This document shows, piece after piece, positions 18,535-28,865 of a DNA stretch of 64,000 nt (position 1 is its first letter; every line of letters begins with the position of its first letter). Origin of the DNA: an uncultured Clostridia bacterium (GTDB lineage Bacteria > Bacillota > Clostridia > TANB77 > CAG-465); the NCBI GenBank assembly GCA_944386635.1, contig CALXBV010000029.1:8896-72895 (forward strand), read 5' to 3'. Made by a program: the position numbers and the translations under genes. The notes under the pieces were generated by a model. That model did no database searches. It was not told where the DNA came from and worked only from the letters and a program-made list of their open reading frames with translations.

Positions 18535-19083
18535 ATGAAAATGCAAAAAAATATAGGCTCAAAATTAGCATTATACCCTATGCCATTATTAGTAATAGGA
18601 GCAATGGTAGATGGAAAAGTAAATTGGCTTTTAGCAGGGCATAGTGGAATTATAGGACATGATAGAGTAATGGTAAGCTTAGTAAAAGCACATTATACAA
18701 ATAAAGGAATTAGAGATACAAAAACATTATCTATTAATATAGTAAGTGAAGAAATGTTAAAAAAAGCAGATTATGTAGGTAGTGTAAGTGGAAGGAAGCA
18801 AGATAAATCAGATGTTTTTGAATATCATATAGGTGAAGCAGGAGCACCAATAATAAATAACGCACCAGTAGTTATGGAATGTAAAGTAGAAGATAATTAT
18901 GAAACAGATAATTTTGATAACTTTATAATGACAATTGCAAACACTTATGTTCAAGAAGAAAATTTGGATACAAATGGAAAAATAGATTATACGAAATTTA
19001 GTCCTGTATTGTTCGAATTTCCTAATTATACATATTTAAGAACAGGTGATACTATTGGAAAATGTTTAAAATTAGATAAATAG
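18535..19083 (+). CDS. Flavin reductase-like domain protein (FMN-binding split barrel)
   Basis: LALYPMPLLVIGAMVDGKVNWL... typical flavin reductase family N-terminus; same frame as the cupin, separated by TAG plus 2 codons. Confidence 0.65.
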   Translation: MKMQKNIGSKLALYPMPLLVIGAMVDGKVNWLLAGHSGIIGHDRVMVSLVKAHYTNKGIRDTKTLSINIVSEEMLKKADYVGSVSGRKQDKSDVFEYHIGEAGAPIINNAPVVMECKVEDNYETDNFDNFIMTIANTYVQEENLDTNGKIDYTKFSPVLFEFPNYTYLRTGDTIGKCLKLDK

Positions 19084-19104
19084 TAAAAGAAAGGGAGGTA
19101 GAAC

Positions 19105-19764
19105 ATGAATAAAAAAGTAATAATATTAATATTTTTAGTAATTATAGTTGCAATTTTAGGAATAATAGTAGGTGTTGGTTTGTTTGGAGATAATGAAAAT
19201 GTAGTAGAGGAGCCACCGCAAGAAGAATATGTTGAGCAAGTAGAAGATGATCAAACTGAAACACAAGAACAACAAAATAGTACAGAAAATGAAAATATAT
19301 TAATAGTATATTTCTCACATACAGGAAATACAGAAATGGTTGCAAATTTTATACATGAAGCAGTAGGAGGAGATATAGTTAAGTTAGAGACTCAAGAGCC
19401 ATATACGAATAATTATAATGATTTATTAGATATAGCACAAGAAGAAAGGAATGAGAATGCAAGACCAGCTTTAAGTACACAAATAGATAATATAGATGAA
19501 TATGATACTATATTCTTAGGATATCCTATTTGGTGGTCAGATATGCCAATGGCAATATACACATTTTTAGATGAATATGATTTATCTGGAAAAACAATAG
19601 CTCCATTTACTACAAGTGGAGGATCAGGATTATCAGGTACACCAAATAATATAGCTCAAGAAGAGCCAAATGCAACTGTAACAGAAGGATTGTCAATAAG
19701 AGATAATAATGTAGAAAATTCACAAAGTCAAGTAAATGAGTGGCTATCTCAAATAAGATTTTAG
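19105..19764 (+). CDS. Membrane-anchored flavodoxin (N-terminal TM + acidic low-complexity linker + flavodoxin domain)
   Basis: TM ILIFLVIIVAILGIIVGVGLF, acidic linker EEPPQEEYVEQVEDDQTETQEQQ, then flavodoxin motifs ILIVYFSHTGNTE and GYPIWWSDMP. Confidence 0.7.
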   Translation: MNKKVIILIFLVIIVAILGIIVGVGLFGDNENVVEEPPQEEYVEQVEDDQTETQEQQNSTENENILIVYFSHTGNTEMVANFIHEAVGGDIVKLETQEPYTNNYNDLLDIAQEERNENARPALSTQIDNIDEYDTIFLGYPIWWSDMPMAIYTFLDEYDLSGKTIAPFTTSGGSGLSGTPNNIAQEEPNATVTEGLSIRDNNVENSQSQVNEWLSQIRF

Positions 19765-19775
19765 GGAGAAAATAA

Positions 19776-20366
19776 ATGAAAAAGGTTACTTTAAGTATAA
19801 TTTTATTAATTATAATAGTTGGTATTATAGCAGGTAGTATATACTATTTTAATTTTAAAAATACTGCAGAAGATAATAATAGTCTAAATCAAGAAACTTT
19901 GGAAAATGATACTAATAATACTGCAGAAAGTATTACAAATGATAATAATGATACTAATATAAATGAAATTCAAAATTCACAAAGTGAAGGAGAAAAAGTA
20001 GATATGGAAAATGCAAGAATAAAATTAACTGTAAATGGAAATGAAGTATTTGTAAAATTAGATGATAATGTGGCAAGTAGAGAATTTTTAAATATGCTAC
20101 CACTAACATTAACATTTGAAGATTTTAATAATACAGAAAAAATTGCAACATTACCAAGTGAATTATCAACAGAAGGATTACCTTCTGGTTATACACCAGA
20201 AGTAGGAGATTTTTCATATTATGCGCCATGGGGAAACATTTCAGTATTTTATAAAGATTTTAGATATTCTAGTTCTTTATACAAATTGGGAACAATAGAA
20301 TCTGGTACTGAAATACTTGGAAACATAGATTGTGATTTTGAAGTTACTATTGAAAGAGTTGATTAG
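19776..20366 (+). CDS. Membrane-anchored cyclophilin-like fold protein
   Basis: Signal anchor, N/D/T-rich linker, then a cyclophilin-like domain (KLTVNGNEVFVKLDDNVASREF ... YYAPWGNISVFY). Confidence 0.5.
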   Translation: MKKVTLSIILLIIIVGIIAGSIYYFNFKNTAEDNNSLNQETLENDTNNTAESITNDNNDTNINEIQNSQSEGEKVDMENARIKLTVNGNEVFVKLDDNVASREFLNMLPLTLTFEDFNNTEKIATLPSELSTEGLPSGYTPEVGDFSYYAPWGNISVFYKDFRYSSSLYKLGTIESGTEILGNIDCDFEVTIERVD

Positions 20367-20414
20367 AAATAAGAGATCTATATTAAATAGTAAAAAATTA
20401 AGGAGGTATTCAAT

Positions 20415-20708
20415 ATGAGTTTAACAATAAATATATATTATACAGGAGAAAATGGAAGTGCAAGAAAATTTGCAGAGGAAATGGTGGAAAAAGGAGTTGT
20501 AGCAAGAGTAAGAGATGAAGAAGGAAATAAAAAATATGAATATTTCTTTCCAATGGATGATCCAGAAACAGTTTTATTAATAGATAGATGGGAAAATCAA
20601 GAAGCATTAGATAAACATCATAAATCACCAATGATGAAAGAGATTGCTGATTTAAGAGAAAAATATCATCTTCATATGAGAGTTGAGCAATTTGTAGAAA
20701 GAACATAA
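20415..20708 (+). CDS. Antibiotic biosynthesis monooxygenase (ABM) family protein
   Basis: 97 aa ferredoxin-like fold; LIDRWENQEALDKHHKSP motif. Confidence 0.65.
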   Translation: MSLTINIYYTGENGSARKFAEEMVEKGVVARVRDEEGNKKYEYFFPMDDPETVLLIDRWENQEALDKHHKSPMMKEIADLREKYHLHMRVEQFVERT

Positions 20709-20902
20709 TAAAATCATATTTTATTATAATTGACATATAATTTATTTTAAAGCACTATCTTTTAAAAAAGAAGTGCTTTATTTTTTTACAAATAATAAAT
20801 ATAACACTTTAATGTAAATATTTAGACATTATAAATAAAATATAGTATAATTTTTGTGTATTAATATGATTATAGGAAGTGATAATGAGGAGGTAAATTT
20901 TA

Positions 20903-21321
20903 TGGAGTATAGAAGATTTAATAACACTATAGTTGCGAGAATAGATAGAGGAGAAGAAATACTTGATAAAATAAAAGAAATTTCGTTAAAAGAAAATATA
21001 AAACTTGCAAATATTAATGCACTTGGTGCAACAAATGATTTTACAGTTGGAGTATTTAAAATTAATGATAAAAAATATTATTCTAATGAATTTAAAGGGG
21101 ATTTTGAGATAGTTTCTTTAACAGGAACTATAAATACAATGAATGATGAATTTTATACACATATTCATATGAGTGCTGGAAATGACAAGGGAGAAGTATT
21201 TGGTGGACATTTAAATAGAGCAATTGTTAGTGCTACATGTGAGATGATAATAAATATTATTAATGGAAGAGTAGATAGATATTTTGATGAAGATATAGGG
21301 TTAAATTTATTTAAGTTTTAA
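20903..21321 (+). CDS. PPC/DUF296 domain protein
   Basis: RBS GAGGAGGT. ARIDRGEEILDKIKE...LGATNDFTVGVF... matches the PPC (AT-hook-associated) domain pattern. Confidence 0.55.
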
Positions 21322-21354
21322 TATAATATAAAGTTTTTATATATGGAGGAAAAA

Positions 21355-22113
21355 ATGATAAAAGTAGAACATGTTACTAAAAAATTTGTAAGATATAAAA
21401 ATAAAAGAGAAAAAGAAGAATTTTGTGCAGACAAAGATATAAGTTTTACTGCAAATGATGGAGAAATCATAGGAATATTAGGACCTAATGGAGCAGGTAA
21501 AACGACATTACTTAGAATGATTGCAGGAATTTTAGAACCAACGGAGGGGAAAATTACATTTGATAAATTTAATTATAAAGAAAATGAAATAGAAATAAAA
21601 ACAAAAATTGCATATTTGTCTGGAAATACTAAACTTTATGATACACTATTAACTTATGAATTATTAAAGATGTGCTGTGACATATATGGAGTTAGTGAAG
21701 AAGAAAGTAAAAAAAGAATAGAAGAGATAACAAAAGTATTAAAGATGGAGCAATTTTTATATAACAAAATAGAAAATTTATCTACAGGACAAACTCAAAA
21801 GGTAAATATAGCAAGATGTTTAGTTCATAATCCTAAATATTATATTTTGGATGAAGCAACAACAGGACTTGATATTATTTCTAGTCAAATAATATTGAAT
21901 TTTATAAAAGAAGAACGAACAAAAGGTAAGACAATATTATATTCCACACATTATATGGAAGAGGCAGAAAATATTTGTGATAGAGTAATTATGATTAATA
22001 AAGGAGAAGTTATTAAGTCCGGTACACCGGATAAGATAAAAAATGATACACATACAACAAATTTAAGAGATGCTTTTTTTGCAATGATTGGAGGTGTATC
22101 AAATGAAGAGTAA
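21355..22113 (+). CDS. ABC transporter ATP-binding protein
   Basis: Walker A GPNGAGKTT, signature LSTGQTQKV, Walker B ILDEATTGLD, H-loop STHYMEE. Confidence 0.85.
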   Translation: MIKVEHVTKKFVRYKNKREKEEFCADKDISFTANDGEIIGILGPNGAGKTTLLRMIAGILEPTEGKITFDKFNYKENEIEIKTKIAYLSGNTKLYDTLLTYELLKMCCDIYGVSEEESKKRIEEITKVLKMEQFLYNKIENLSTGQTQKVNIARCLVHNPKYYILDEATTGLDIISSQIILNFIKEERTKGKTILYSTHYMEEAENICDRVIMINKGEVIKSGTPDKIKNDTHTTNLRDAFFAMIGGVSNEE

Positions 22114-23251
22114 TTTATGGAATATATTAAAAAAAGAATTAAGAGAATTATTTAGAGATAAGAAATCTCTTGCTATGATGCTTGTAATACCAATATTTAT
22201 ACCACTTTTAGTTGTTGGTATGTCTGCTTTATTTGAATCTCAAGTAAATAAAGATGTACAAGAATATAATAAAATTGGATTTGCATATGAAATGAGTGAT
22301 GTAGAACAAAATATAGCTCAACAAATGAATATTGAAGTGGTAAATGGGACAGAAGAAGAATTAAGTCAAATGTATAGTAAGGGTGAAATTGATTTATATA
22401 TAACTAAAAATGAAAATAACTATATTATAAATAGTGATGGCTCAGATAATAGTACATATTCAACAGGACTTGTAGAAGCGTATTTTAATACGTATAAGCA
22501 ATATTTACAGCAAAATTATTTACAAGAAAATAATATAGATCCAAATCAGGTATTAAATATTATAACTGTTGAAGAAAATGTAATAGAGCAAGATAATTTC
22601 TTTGCAAATTATATAAAAAATTATGCGTTTTTATTTATAATTATGGCAATAACAGTATCTGCAACATACCCTGCAACTGATACAACTGCAGGAGAAAGAG
22701 AAAGAGGAACACTTGAGACTTTACTTACTTTTCCAATAAAAAGCAGGGATATAATTGTAGGAAAGTTTTTAGGAGTTACAGTGTCTTCAATTGTTACAGG
22801 TATAATAAGTTTAGTTTTAGCAATTATTTCATTATATGTTACACAAAACATGTTTTCAATATATGAAGGAATAGATATAATGTATTCACCAGTTAGTATA
22901 GTATTTGCTGTTTTAGTAATTATTGCATATTCTTTCTTTATAAGTGGACTATGTATTGCAATTGCAAGTACTTCAAAGACATTTAAAGAGGCACAAAGTG
23001 CTCTAACACCATTAACATTTATATCATTATTTCCTGGAATGATTGCATTTATGATCGGAATAACAACTACACCATTGCTTTCAATAATACCATTTTTAAA
23101 CTTTACATTAATATTTACAGATATTAATAATGGTAATATAGACATATTAAATATTGCACTTATGACTATTTCTACAATTATTTATATAACTGTTGTATTA
23201 GTATATATAATAAAGCAATATAAGTCTGAAAATGTATTATTTGCAAAATAG
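22103..23251 (+). CDS. ABC-2 family transporter permease
   Basis: Overlaps/couples to the ATPase gene. N-terminal TM, large extracytoplasmic loop, C-terminal five-TM ABC-2 fold. Confidence 0.75.
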   Translation: MKSNLWNILKKELRELFRDKKSLAMMLVIPIFIPLLVVGMSALFESQVNKDVQEYNKIGFAYEMSDVEQNIAQQMNIEVVNGTEEELSQMYSKGEIDLYITKNENNYIINSDGSDNSTYSTGLVEAYFNTYKQYLQQNYLQENNIDPNQVLNIITVEENVIEQDNFFANYIKNYAFLFIIMAITVSATYPATDTTAGERERGTLETLLTFPIKSRDIIVGKFLGVTVSSIVTGIISLVLAIISLYVTQNMFSIYEGIDIMYSPVSIVFAVLVIIAYSFFISGLCIAIASTSKTFKEAQSALTPLTFISLFPGMIAFMIGITTTPLLSIIPFLNFTLIFTDINNGNIDILNIALMTISTIIYITVVLVYIIKQYKSENVLFAK

Positions 23252-23270
23252 ATAAAATAATAGATACAAG

Positions 23271-24152
23271 TTAGTCACTTGTATCTATTTCTTTTTGCAA
23301 TATTTTTAAGAAGATTTCAGCCGGCTTAGAAAATATTTGATACTTTTTCCAAATAATATTTATTTCTAAATCTAATTTTGGATATAATGGTTTAAAACGA
23401 AAATCAGAGTATTCTGATGTATTTACTAATTTATCTAGTGTTAAAGCATATCCAAGTCCATTTTTTACTAAAATAGAGGCATTATATACTAAGTTATATG
23501 TAGCAATAATATTTAACTTATTAAGCTCTTTTTTTATCCATTTTGTAAATTCAAGTGTATTTGGTACCTCTCTTGAAATTATTAGCGGTTTATCTATTAA
23601 ATCTTTTGGGGATATATAATCTAATTTTGCAAGTGTACTATCTTTTCTCATTAAAATTCCCCAAACATCTTTTATAGGTAGTGTTAAATAATTATATTTA
23701 CTTTTATCAAAAGGACAAAGAACAATTCCAAAATCTATAAGTCCTTTATCAAGATTATCTAATACGTCTTGACCATCATCACTTGAGATATTGAAAAAGA
23801 CGTCAGGATATTTTTCTTTCATTTTCTTTATACATTTTGCTACAATATCAACTGCTTCTGTTTCACCTGTGCCTATACATACATTTCCCTCAATATTTTC
23901 AGTAGTCATTTCATTTTCAGTTCTTTGAACTAATTCAATAATCTCTTCAGCTCTTTTTCTAAGTAAAATACCGTATTCAGTTAGAGTTATTTTTTTATTT
24001 CCTCTAATAAAAAGTTGTTTTCCAAATTCATCTTCTAAATCTTTTAGCTGTCTTGAAAGTGTTGGCTGTGAAAGATGAAGAAAATTAGCTGCACCCGAAA
24101 TAGTTTGTTCTCTTGCAACTGCTAAAAAATACTTTAAAACTCTTATTTCCAT
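23271..24152 (-). CDS. LysR family transcriptional regulator
   Basis: N-terminal HTH MEIRVLKYFLAVAREQTISGAANFLHLSQPTLSRQLKDLE. Confidence 0.85.
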   Translation of the reverse strand: MEIRVLKYFLAVAREQTISGAANFLHLSQPTLSRQLKDLEDEFGKQLFIRGNKKITLTEYGILLRKRAEEIIELVQRTENEMTTENIEGNVCIGTGETEAVDIVAKCIKKMKEKYPDVFFNISSDDGQDVLDNLDKGLIDFGIVLCPFDKSKYNYLTLPIKDVWGILMRKDSTLAKLDYISPKDLIDKPLIISREVPNTLEFTKWIKKELNKLNIIATYNLVYNASILVKNGLGYALTLDKLVNTSEYSDFRFKPLYPKLDLEINIIWKKYQIFSKPAEIFLKILQKEIDTSD

Positions 24153-24299
24153 AATATACTCCTTTTTTGTACATTTTATTATATTTTAATATAGCTGTCA
24201 AGCATAGATATATATGCATAATAAGTATTTGCTATAATGTTTTTTACTTGATATAATTTAAATGAAAAATAAAGTAAAGAAAGAGAGTGAGGAATAAAT

Positions 24300-24542
24300 T
24301 TGTTAAAACAAGAAATTATCAAAAATTTGAAAGATGAGGGGTGTAATAATAAAAAAATTGAAGAAATATTAGATTTATATAACAGGCGAAAAAAAGAAAG
24401 TATATATAAAAAATTAACTTGTTATAGAAAAAAAGTATTAGATAGTGAACATAAATTACAAAAACAAATAGACCGCCTTGACTTTTTCTTATATAAAGTT
24501 AAAAAGGAAGAAAAAGAGAATATTGATGATAATATAAATTAA
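24300..24542 (+). CDS. Hypothetical small basic protein (80 aa)
   Basis: ORF with RBS GAGTGAGG; divergent from the LysR gene. Confidence 0.35.
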   Translation: MLKQEIIKNLKDEGCNNKKIEEILDLYNRRKKESIYKKLTCYRKKVLDSEHKLQKQIDRLDFFLYKVKKEEKENIDDNIN

Positions 24543-24627
24543 AATATCAGATATAAATGATAATTGTGAATGATATTAAACTCTTATTTAGAGAATAATA
24601 TAAATAAAAAGGAAAGAAGGTATTTTT

Positions 24628-25617
24628 ATGGAAGAAAAACTAAATTTATGTGAAGAATGGGATAAAACATTCCCTAAAAGTGAAAAGGTAAATCATAGAA
24701 AAGTTACATTTCACAATCGTTATGGAATAACTTTAGCAGCAGATTTATATGAACCTAAAAATTCATCTGGAAAATTACCAGCAATTGCAGTATGTGGACC
24801 TTTTGGCGCAGTAAAAGAGCAAGCATCAGGATTATATGCTCAAACTATGGCAGAAAGAGGATTTTTGAGTATTGCTTTTGATCCTTCATTTACAGGTGAA
24901 AGTGGTGGAAATCCTCGTTATGTTGCTTCCCCAGATATAAATACAGAAGATTTTCAAGCAGCAGTTGATTTCCTATCAGTACAAGAAAATGTTGATTCAG
25001 AAAAAATCGGAATTATCGGAATATGTGGATGGGGAGGATTAGCACTAAATACAGCAGCAATTGATACAAGAATAAAAGCAACTGTTGCATCTACAATGTA
25101 TGATATGTCAAGAATTGGAGCAAAAGGATATTTTGATGCAAATGATAGTGAAGAAGAAAGACATAACCTTCGTGTAACATATAACACACAAAGAACAGAA
25201 GATTATAAAACAGGAACATATAAAAGAGCAGGGGGAGTAGTAGATCCACTTCCTGAAGATGCACCATTTTTTGTAAAAGATTATTATGATTACTATAAGA
25301 CAAAACGTGGATACCATAAAAGATCACTAAATTCTAATGACGGATGGAATGTAACAGGAACAATGTCATTTATGAATATGCCAATTTTAACATATACTAA
25401 TGAAATTAGAAGTGCCGTTTTAGTGATACATGGAGAAAAAGCGCATTCATGTTATATGAGTAAAGATGCTTATAGTAATATGGTAAAAGATAGCAAATAT
25501 ACAGATAATAAAGAACTTATGATTATTCCAAATGCAGTTCATACTGATTTATATGATAGATTAGATATTATTCCTTTTGATAAAATTGAGGAATTCTTTA
25601 ATACATATCTAAAATAA
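24628..25617 (+). CDS. Alpha/beta hydrolase (dienelactone hydrolase-like)
   Basis: Nucleophile elbow GICGWGG; alpha/beta fold length. Confidence 0.65.
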   Translation: MEEKLNLCEEWDKTFPKSEKVNHRKVTFHNRYGITLAADLYEPKNSSGKLPAIAVCGPFGAVKEQASGLYAQTMAERGFLSIAFDPSFTGESGGNPRYVASPDINTEDFQAAVDFLSVQENVDSEKIGIIGICGWGGLALNTAAIDTRIKATVASTMYDMSRIGAKGYFDANDSEEERHNLRVTYNTQRTEDYKTGTYKRAGGVVDPLPEDAPFFVKDYYDYYKTKRGYHKRSLNSNDGWNVTGTMSFMNMPILTYTNEIRSAVLVIHGEKAHSCYMSKDAYSNMVKDSKYTDNKELMIIPNAVHTDLYDRLDIIPFDKIEEFFNTYLK

Positions 25618-25645
25618 AATATCATTTTAAAAATTAAAAAGAATA

Positions 25646-26185
25646 TCACTTAAGATAGGTGATATTCTTATTTTTATATTCGTCTTTTAATATTTTATCT
25701 ATTTCTTCTGGACTCTCTTTACAGTCATTATATAGCCATTTTTTTACAATGGCATTTAAACCAGCCATAAAAAATTCCATATGATAGTCTATATATTTGT
25801 TATCATACATCATTTTAGATAGATTTGTATCATATTCTTTTATAATAAAATGTTTATCTCTGTTTAATTTGAAATAAGTTTTATAAAATATTTGATTATC
25901 TTTTATGTGTCTGAAAAGTTTTAAAAAGTCATTTGTATTATTTTTAGTTTCTCTTTCTATTTTATATAAAGAAAAAACATCGTCTTCAATTTTTTGTACC
26001 ACTTTATCTGCTAAATCATATATGTCAAGATAATTAGCATAAAATGTTGATCTATTTAATTTAGCAATTTTACAAATATCAGTTACAGATATTTCATTAA
26101 TCTCTTTTGTCTGTATTAGATTTATAAATATTTTTTCTATTTTCTCTTGAGATTGTCGTTTTCTTTTATTATTTGGTGTATTCAT
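25646..26185 (-). CDS. TetR family transcriptional regulator
   Basis: N-terminal HTH ISVTDICKIAKLNRSTFYANY. Confidence 0.75.
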   Translation of the reverse strand: MNTPNNKRKRQSQEKIEKIFINLIQTKEINEISVTDICKIAKLNRSTFYANYLDIYDLADKVVQKIEDDVFSLYKIERETKNNTNDFLKLFRHIKDNQIFYKTYFKLNRDKHFIIKEYDTNLSKMMYDNKYIDYHMEFFMAGLNAIVKKWLYNDCKESPEEIDKILKDEYKNKNITYLK

Positions 26186-26304
26186 ATATGACTCCTTTAT
26201 TCCAACACATGTTGATAAATTGATGATTGTTTTTTGTCACTATTAATATTATACTAAAAATGTATTAAACAAACAAGTGCTGTTTAAAAAGAAAGGAGAA
26301 ATAT

Positions 26305-26544
26305 ATGGCAAAATCAAAATTAGTAAAAGTTAATAAGAAAATTGAAGATGCAGTAGTTGGTGGCTATAAAAAGGTTGAGAAAAATGTAGTTGAGGGATAT
26401 AAAAAGATTGAATATAAATTTGTTGATCAATTCTTAACAAAAGATGGAGAAACTGTTGAAGAAGCTAAAGCTAGATTAAAAGCTGAAGAAGAAAAAAGAA
26501 AATTAGATGAAAAAGAAAAACTAAATAAAAATAAGGGGGAATAA
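26305..26544 (+). CDS. Hypothetical small protein with duplicated GGYKKVE/EGYKKIE motif
   Basis: RBS AAAGGAGAAA; Lys/Glu-rich C-terminus. Confidence 0.4.
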   Translation: MAKSKLVKVNKKIEDAVVGGYKKVEKNVVEGYKKIEYKFVDQFLTKDGETVEEAKARLKAEEEKRKLDEKEKLNKNKGE

Positions 26545-26548
26545 GAAA

Positions 26549-26944
26549 ATGAAAAAGGATACATTAGTAGAGATCATTTTAGGAACTGTTGGAGGTTTAA
26601 TATTTGCCATGGGCATGTGTATGTGTCTAATACCTGAATGGAATTTATTTAATGCTGGTATTGTTGTTAGTATAATAGGCTTTATAGTATTACTTTGTAT
26701 AGTTCCTGTATATAGATCTAATCATCCTAAAAAGCAACATGAACCGATAAATTGGGGAATAGTATTTACTTGGATTATTGGAGTTGTTGGAGCTTTAATA
26801 ATGGGATTTGGAATGAGTAGAGTTATGGTAGAAAATCCAAGTCAAACAAATATGATAATTGGTATAATAGCAGGTGTTATAGGACTTCTTATATGTGTAC
26901 TTAATTATCCAATATATACATATTTAAAAGGAAATAAACAATAA
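26549..26944 (+). CDS. Small integral membrane protein (4 TM)
   Basis: Hydrophobic profile; coupled to the upstream ORF. Confidence 0.45.
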   Translation: MKKDTLVEIILGTVGGLIFAMGMCMCLIPEWNLFNAGIVVSIIGFIVLLCIVPVYRSNHPKKQHEPINWGIVFTWIIGVVGALIMGFGMSRVMVENPSQTNMIIGIIAGVIGLLICVLNYPIYTYLKGNKQ

Positions 26945-27000
26945 TATATAAAAAAGGGAGATTAATTCTCCTTTTTATTGTATAATGAAAATGCAATAGG

Positions 27001-27888
27001 TTGGGTGTTGTAATGATAAAAAGACTCATTAATAGTTTATTATATCCGAATAAAATAATTGGCTGTATTTTATTTATTTTAGGCTTTGGATTACTTATAT
27101 ATGTATTTAGCTTTCATTTAGAAGATACTATTATTGCTTATGTCAGCTATGCTTTATCCACTTATGCTTTAATTATATTTATTTTATGTTTTTGTAAAAT
27201 ATGTAGATTTGGGAACGGATTAATTAAGAAAAATAGATTATATAAGTTATATCAAGAAAATTTTTTTACTGTAACAAGATTGAATTTATATTTAACTATA
27301 ATTTTTAATATTTTATATTGTATATTTAATTTAAGCGTTGGTATTTATTATAGATCGTTTTGGTTTATTACTTTTGCTGTTTATTATTTTTTATTGGGCT
27401 TAATGAAGATTCTATTGCTATATAATATAAAAGATTTTGGAGAGAGTAAATTAAAAGAATATAAAAGATTAAAATGGTGTGGCATTATGTTGTTATTATT
27501 AGATATTGTTTTAACAGGAATGATTGTTTTAATACTTAAAAATAATCAGAATATAATTTATGCGGGATATATCATTTATATTGTTGCATTATATGATTTC
27601 TATTTGATAATTAGTGCTTTTATAAATGCATTTAAATATAGAAAAAGTGATAGTCCTGTGCTACTGGCAAGTAAATTTATAAATTTGACAGTGGCAATGA
27701 TTTCAATGTTATCTTTAGAAGTAGCAATGATATATCAATTTGGTAATAATGATTTAGATTTTAGAAGATTAATGATCGGAATTTTTGGTGGAGCTATTTG
27801 TGCTATCAATACTTTTATGGCAATTTATATGATTTTTAGAGCAAATAGAAATTTAAAGGAATATAATAATTTATATAAAAGCAAGTAA
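27001..27888 (+). CDS. Polytopic integral membrane protein
   Basis: Seven or more hydrophobic segments; start may be ATG 27013. Confidence 0.5.
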   Translation: MGVVMIKRLINSLLYPNKIIGCILFILGFGLLIYVFSFHLEDTIIAYVSYALSTYALIIFILCFCKICRFGNGLIKKNRLYKLYQENFFTVTRLNLYLTIIFNILYCIFNLSVGIYYRSFWFITFAVYYFLLGLMKILLLYNIKDFGESKLKEYKRLKWCGIMLLLLDIVLTGMIVLILKNNQNIIYAGYIIYIVALYDFYLIISAFINAFKYRKSDSPVLLASKFINLTVAMISMLSLEVAMIYQFGNNDLDFRRLMIGIFGGAICAINTFMAIYMIFRANRNLKEYNNLYKSK

Positions 27889-27956
27889 TTTGTTGATAAT
27901 TACTTGCTTTTATGCTAGTATTATATCAGTTAAGTTTTTTTTGAGGAAAATATAAG

Positions 27957-28865
27957 ATGAAAAAAGTAGAAGAAAATATTTTTGAAATTGAAAAAAGTGA
28001 TATATGTGACTTTTTTAAATTTAGAGATAATGATTGTAATAAAGGAGATTTTGGAACAGTAGGAATAATGGGAGGATGTGTAGAATATTCTGGAGCAGTA
28101 AAGCTTGCTAATATGAGTAGTGTCGCACTTAGAGCAGGATGTGGTATAGCACGTGTAATTATACCTAATTCTATTAAGGATTCAGTTTCTCCTTTTTTAC
28201 TTGAACAAACTTTATTTTTAATGGATTCAGATGAAAGTGGTCATATGATTATGAATAAAGAAAAAATTAAAGAGGCGTTAAATAAATTAAATGCATTACT
28301 TATTGGAATGGGTTGGGGAAATGGAAGAGATAATATTGAAATACTTCAAGGCATACTTAACTCTTTTGATAAAACAATAATAATAGATGCGGATGGATTA
28401 AATACTTTATCTAAAATGGATATGAATATATTATCTAAAGCAAAAGGTAAGGTTGTATTAACACCTCATTTAAAAGAGTTCGAAAGATTAAGTAAGATAA
28501 GTATAGATGAAATTAAAAAGAATAATATAAATTTAGCTATAGAATTTGCTAAAAAGTATAATGTAATATTACTTTTAAAGGGGGCTACAACTGTTGTAAC
28601 TGATGGAAATTTAACATACTTGGTAAATAGAGGGTGTCCCGGTATGGCCACTGCTGGAAGTGGCGATGTTTTGTCTGGTATACTTGTTGGAATGCTTGGA
28701 TATAATGATGCAAGTGCTTTATCTGTTGCGGCAGGAGCTTATCTTGCAGGGATAGCAGGAGAATTTGCACAAGAAGAATATACAGATATAGCCATGAAAT
28801 CTTCTGATACAATAGCATATATTCCTAAAGCTATAAAATATATAAGAGGTGAAATAAAAAAATGA
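27957..28865 (+). CDS. nnrD: ADP-dependent NAD(P)H-hydrate dehydratase (YjeF C-terminal / Nnr2 family)
   Basis: YjeF-C motifs including GSGDVLSG and PH(L/P)KEF. Confidence 0.8.
   Translation: MKKVEENIFEIEKSDICDFFKFRDNDCNKGDFGTVGIMGGCVEYSGAVKLANMSSVALRAGCGIARVIIPNSIKDSVSPFLLEQTLFLMDSDESGHMIMNKEKIKEALNKLNALLIGMGWGNGRDNIEILQGILNSFDKTIIIDADGLNTLSKMDMNILSKAKGKVVLTPHLKEFERLSKISIDEIKKNNINLAIEFAKKYNVILLLKGATTVVTDGNLTYLVNRGCPGMATAGSGDVLSGILVGMLGYNDASALSVAAGAYLAGIAGEFAQEEYTDIAMKSSDTIAYIPKAIKYIRGEIKK

Noticed and set aside
24153-24299. Possible LysR box (T-N11-A) / palindrome GCATAGATATATATGC in the divergent LysR promoter region
   Set aside because: The dyad is imperfect and AT-rich intergenic DNA produces such patterns by chance; not called.
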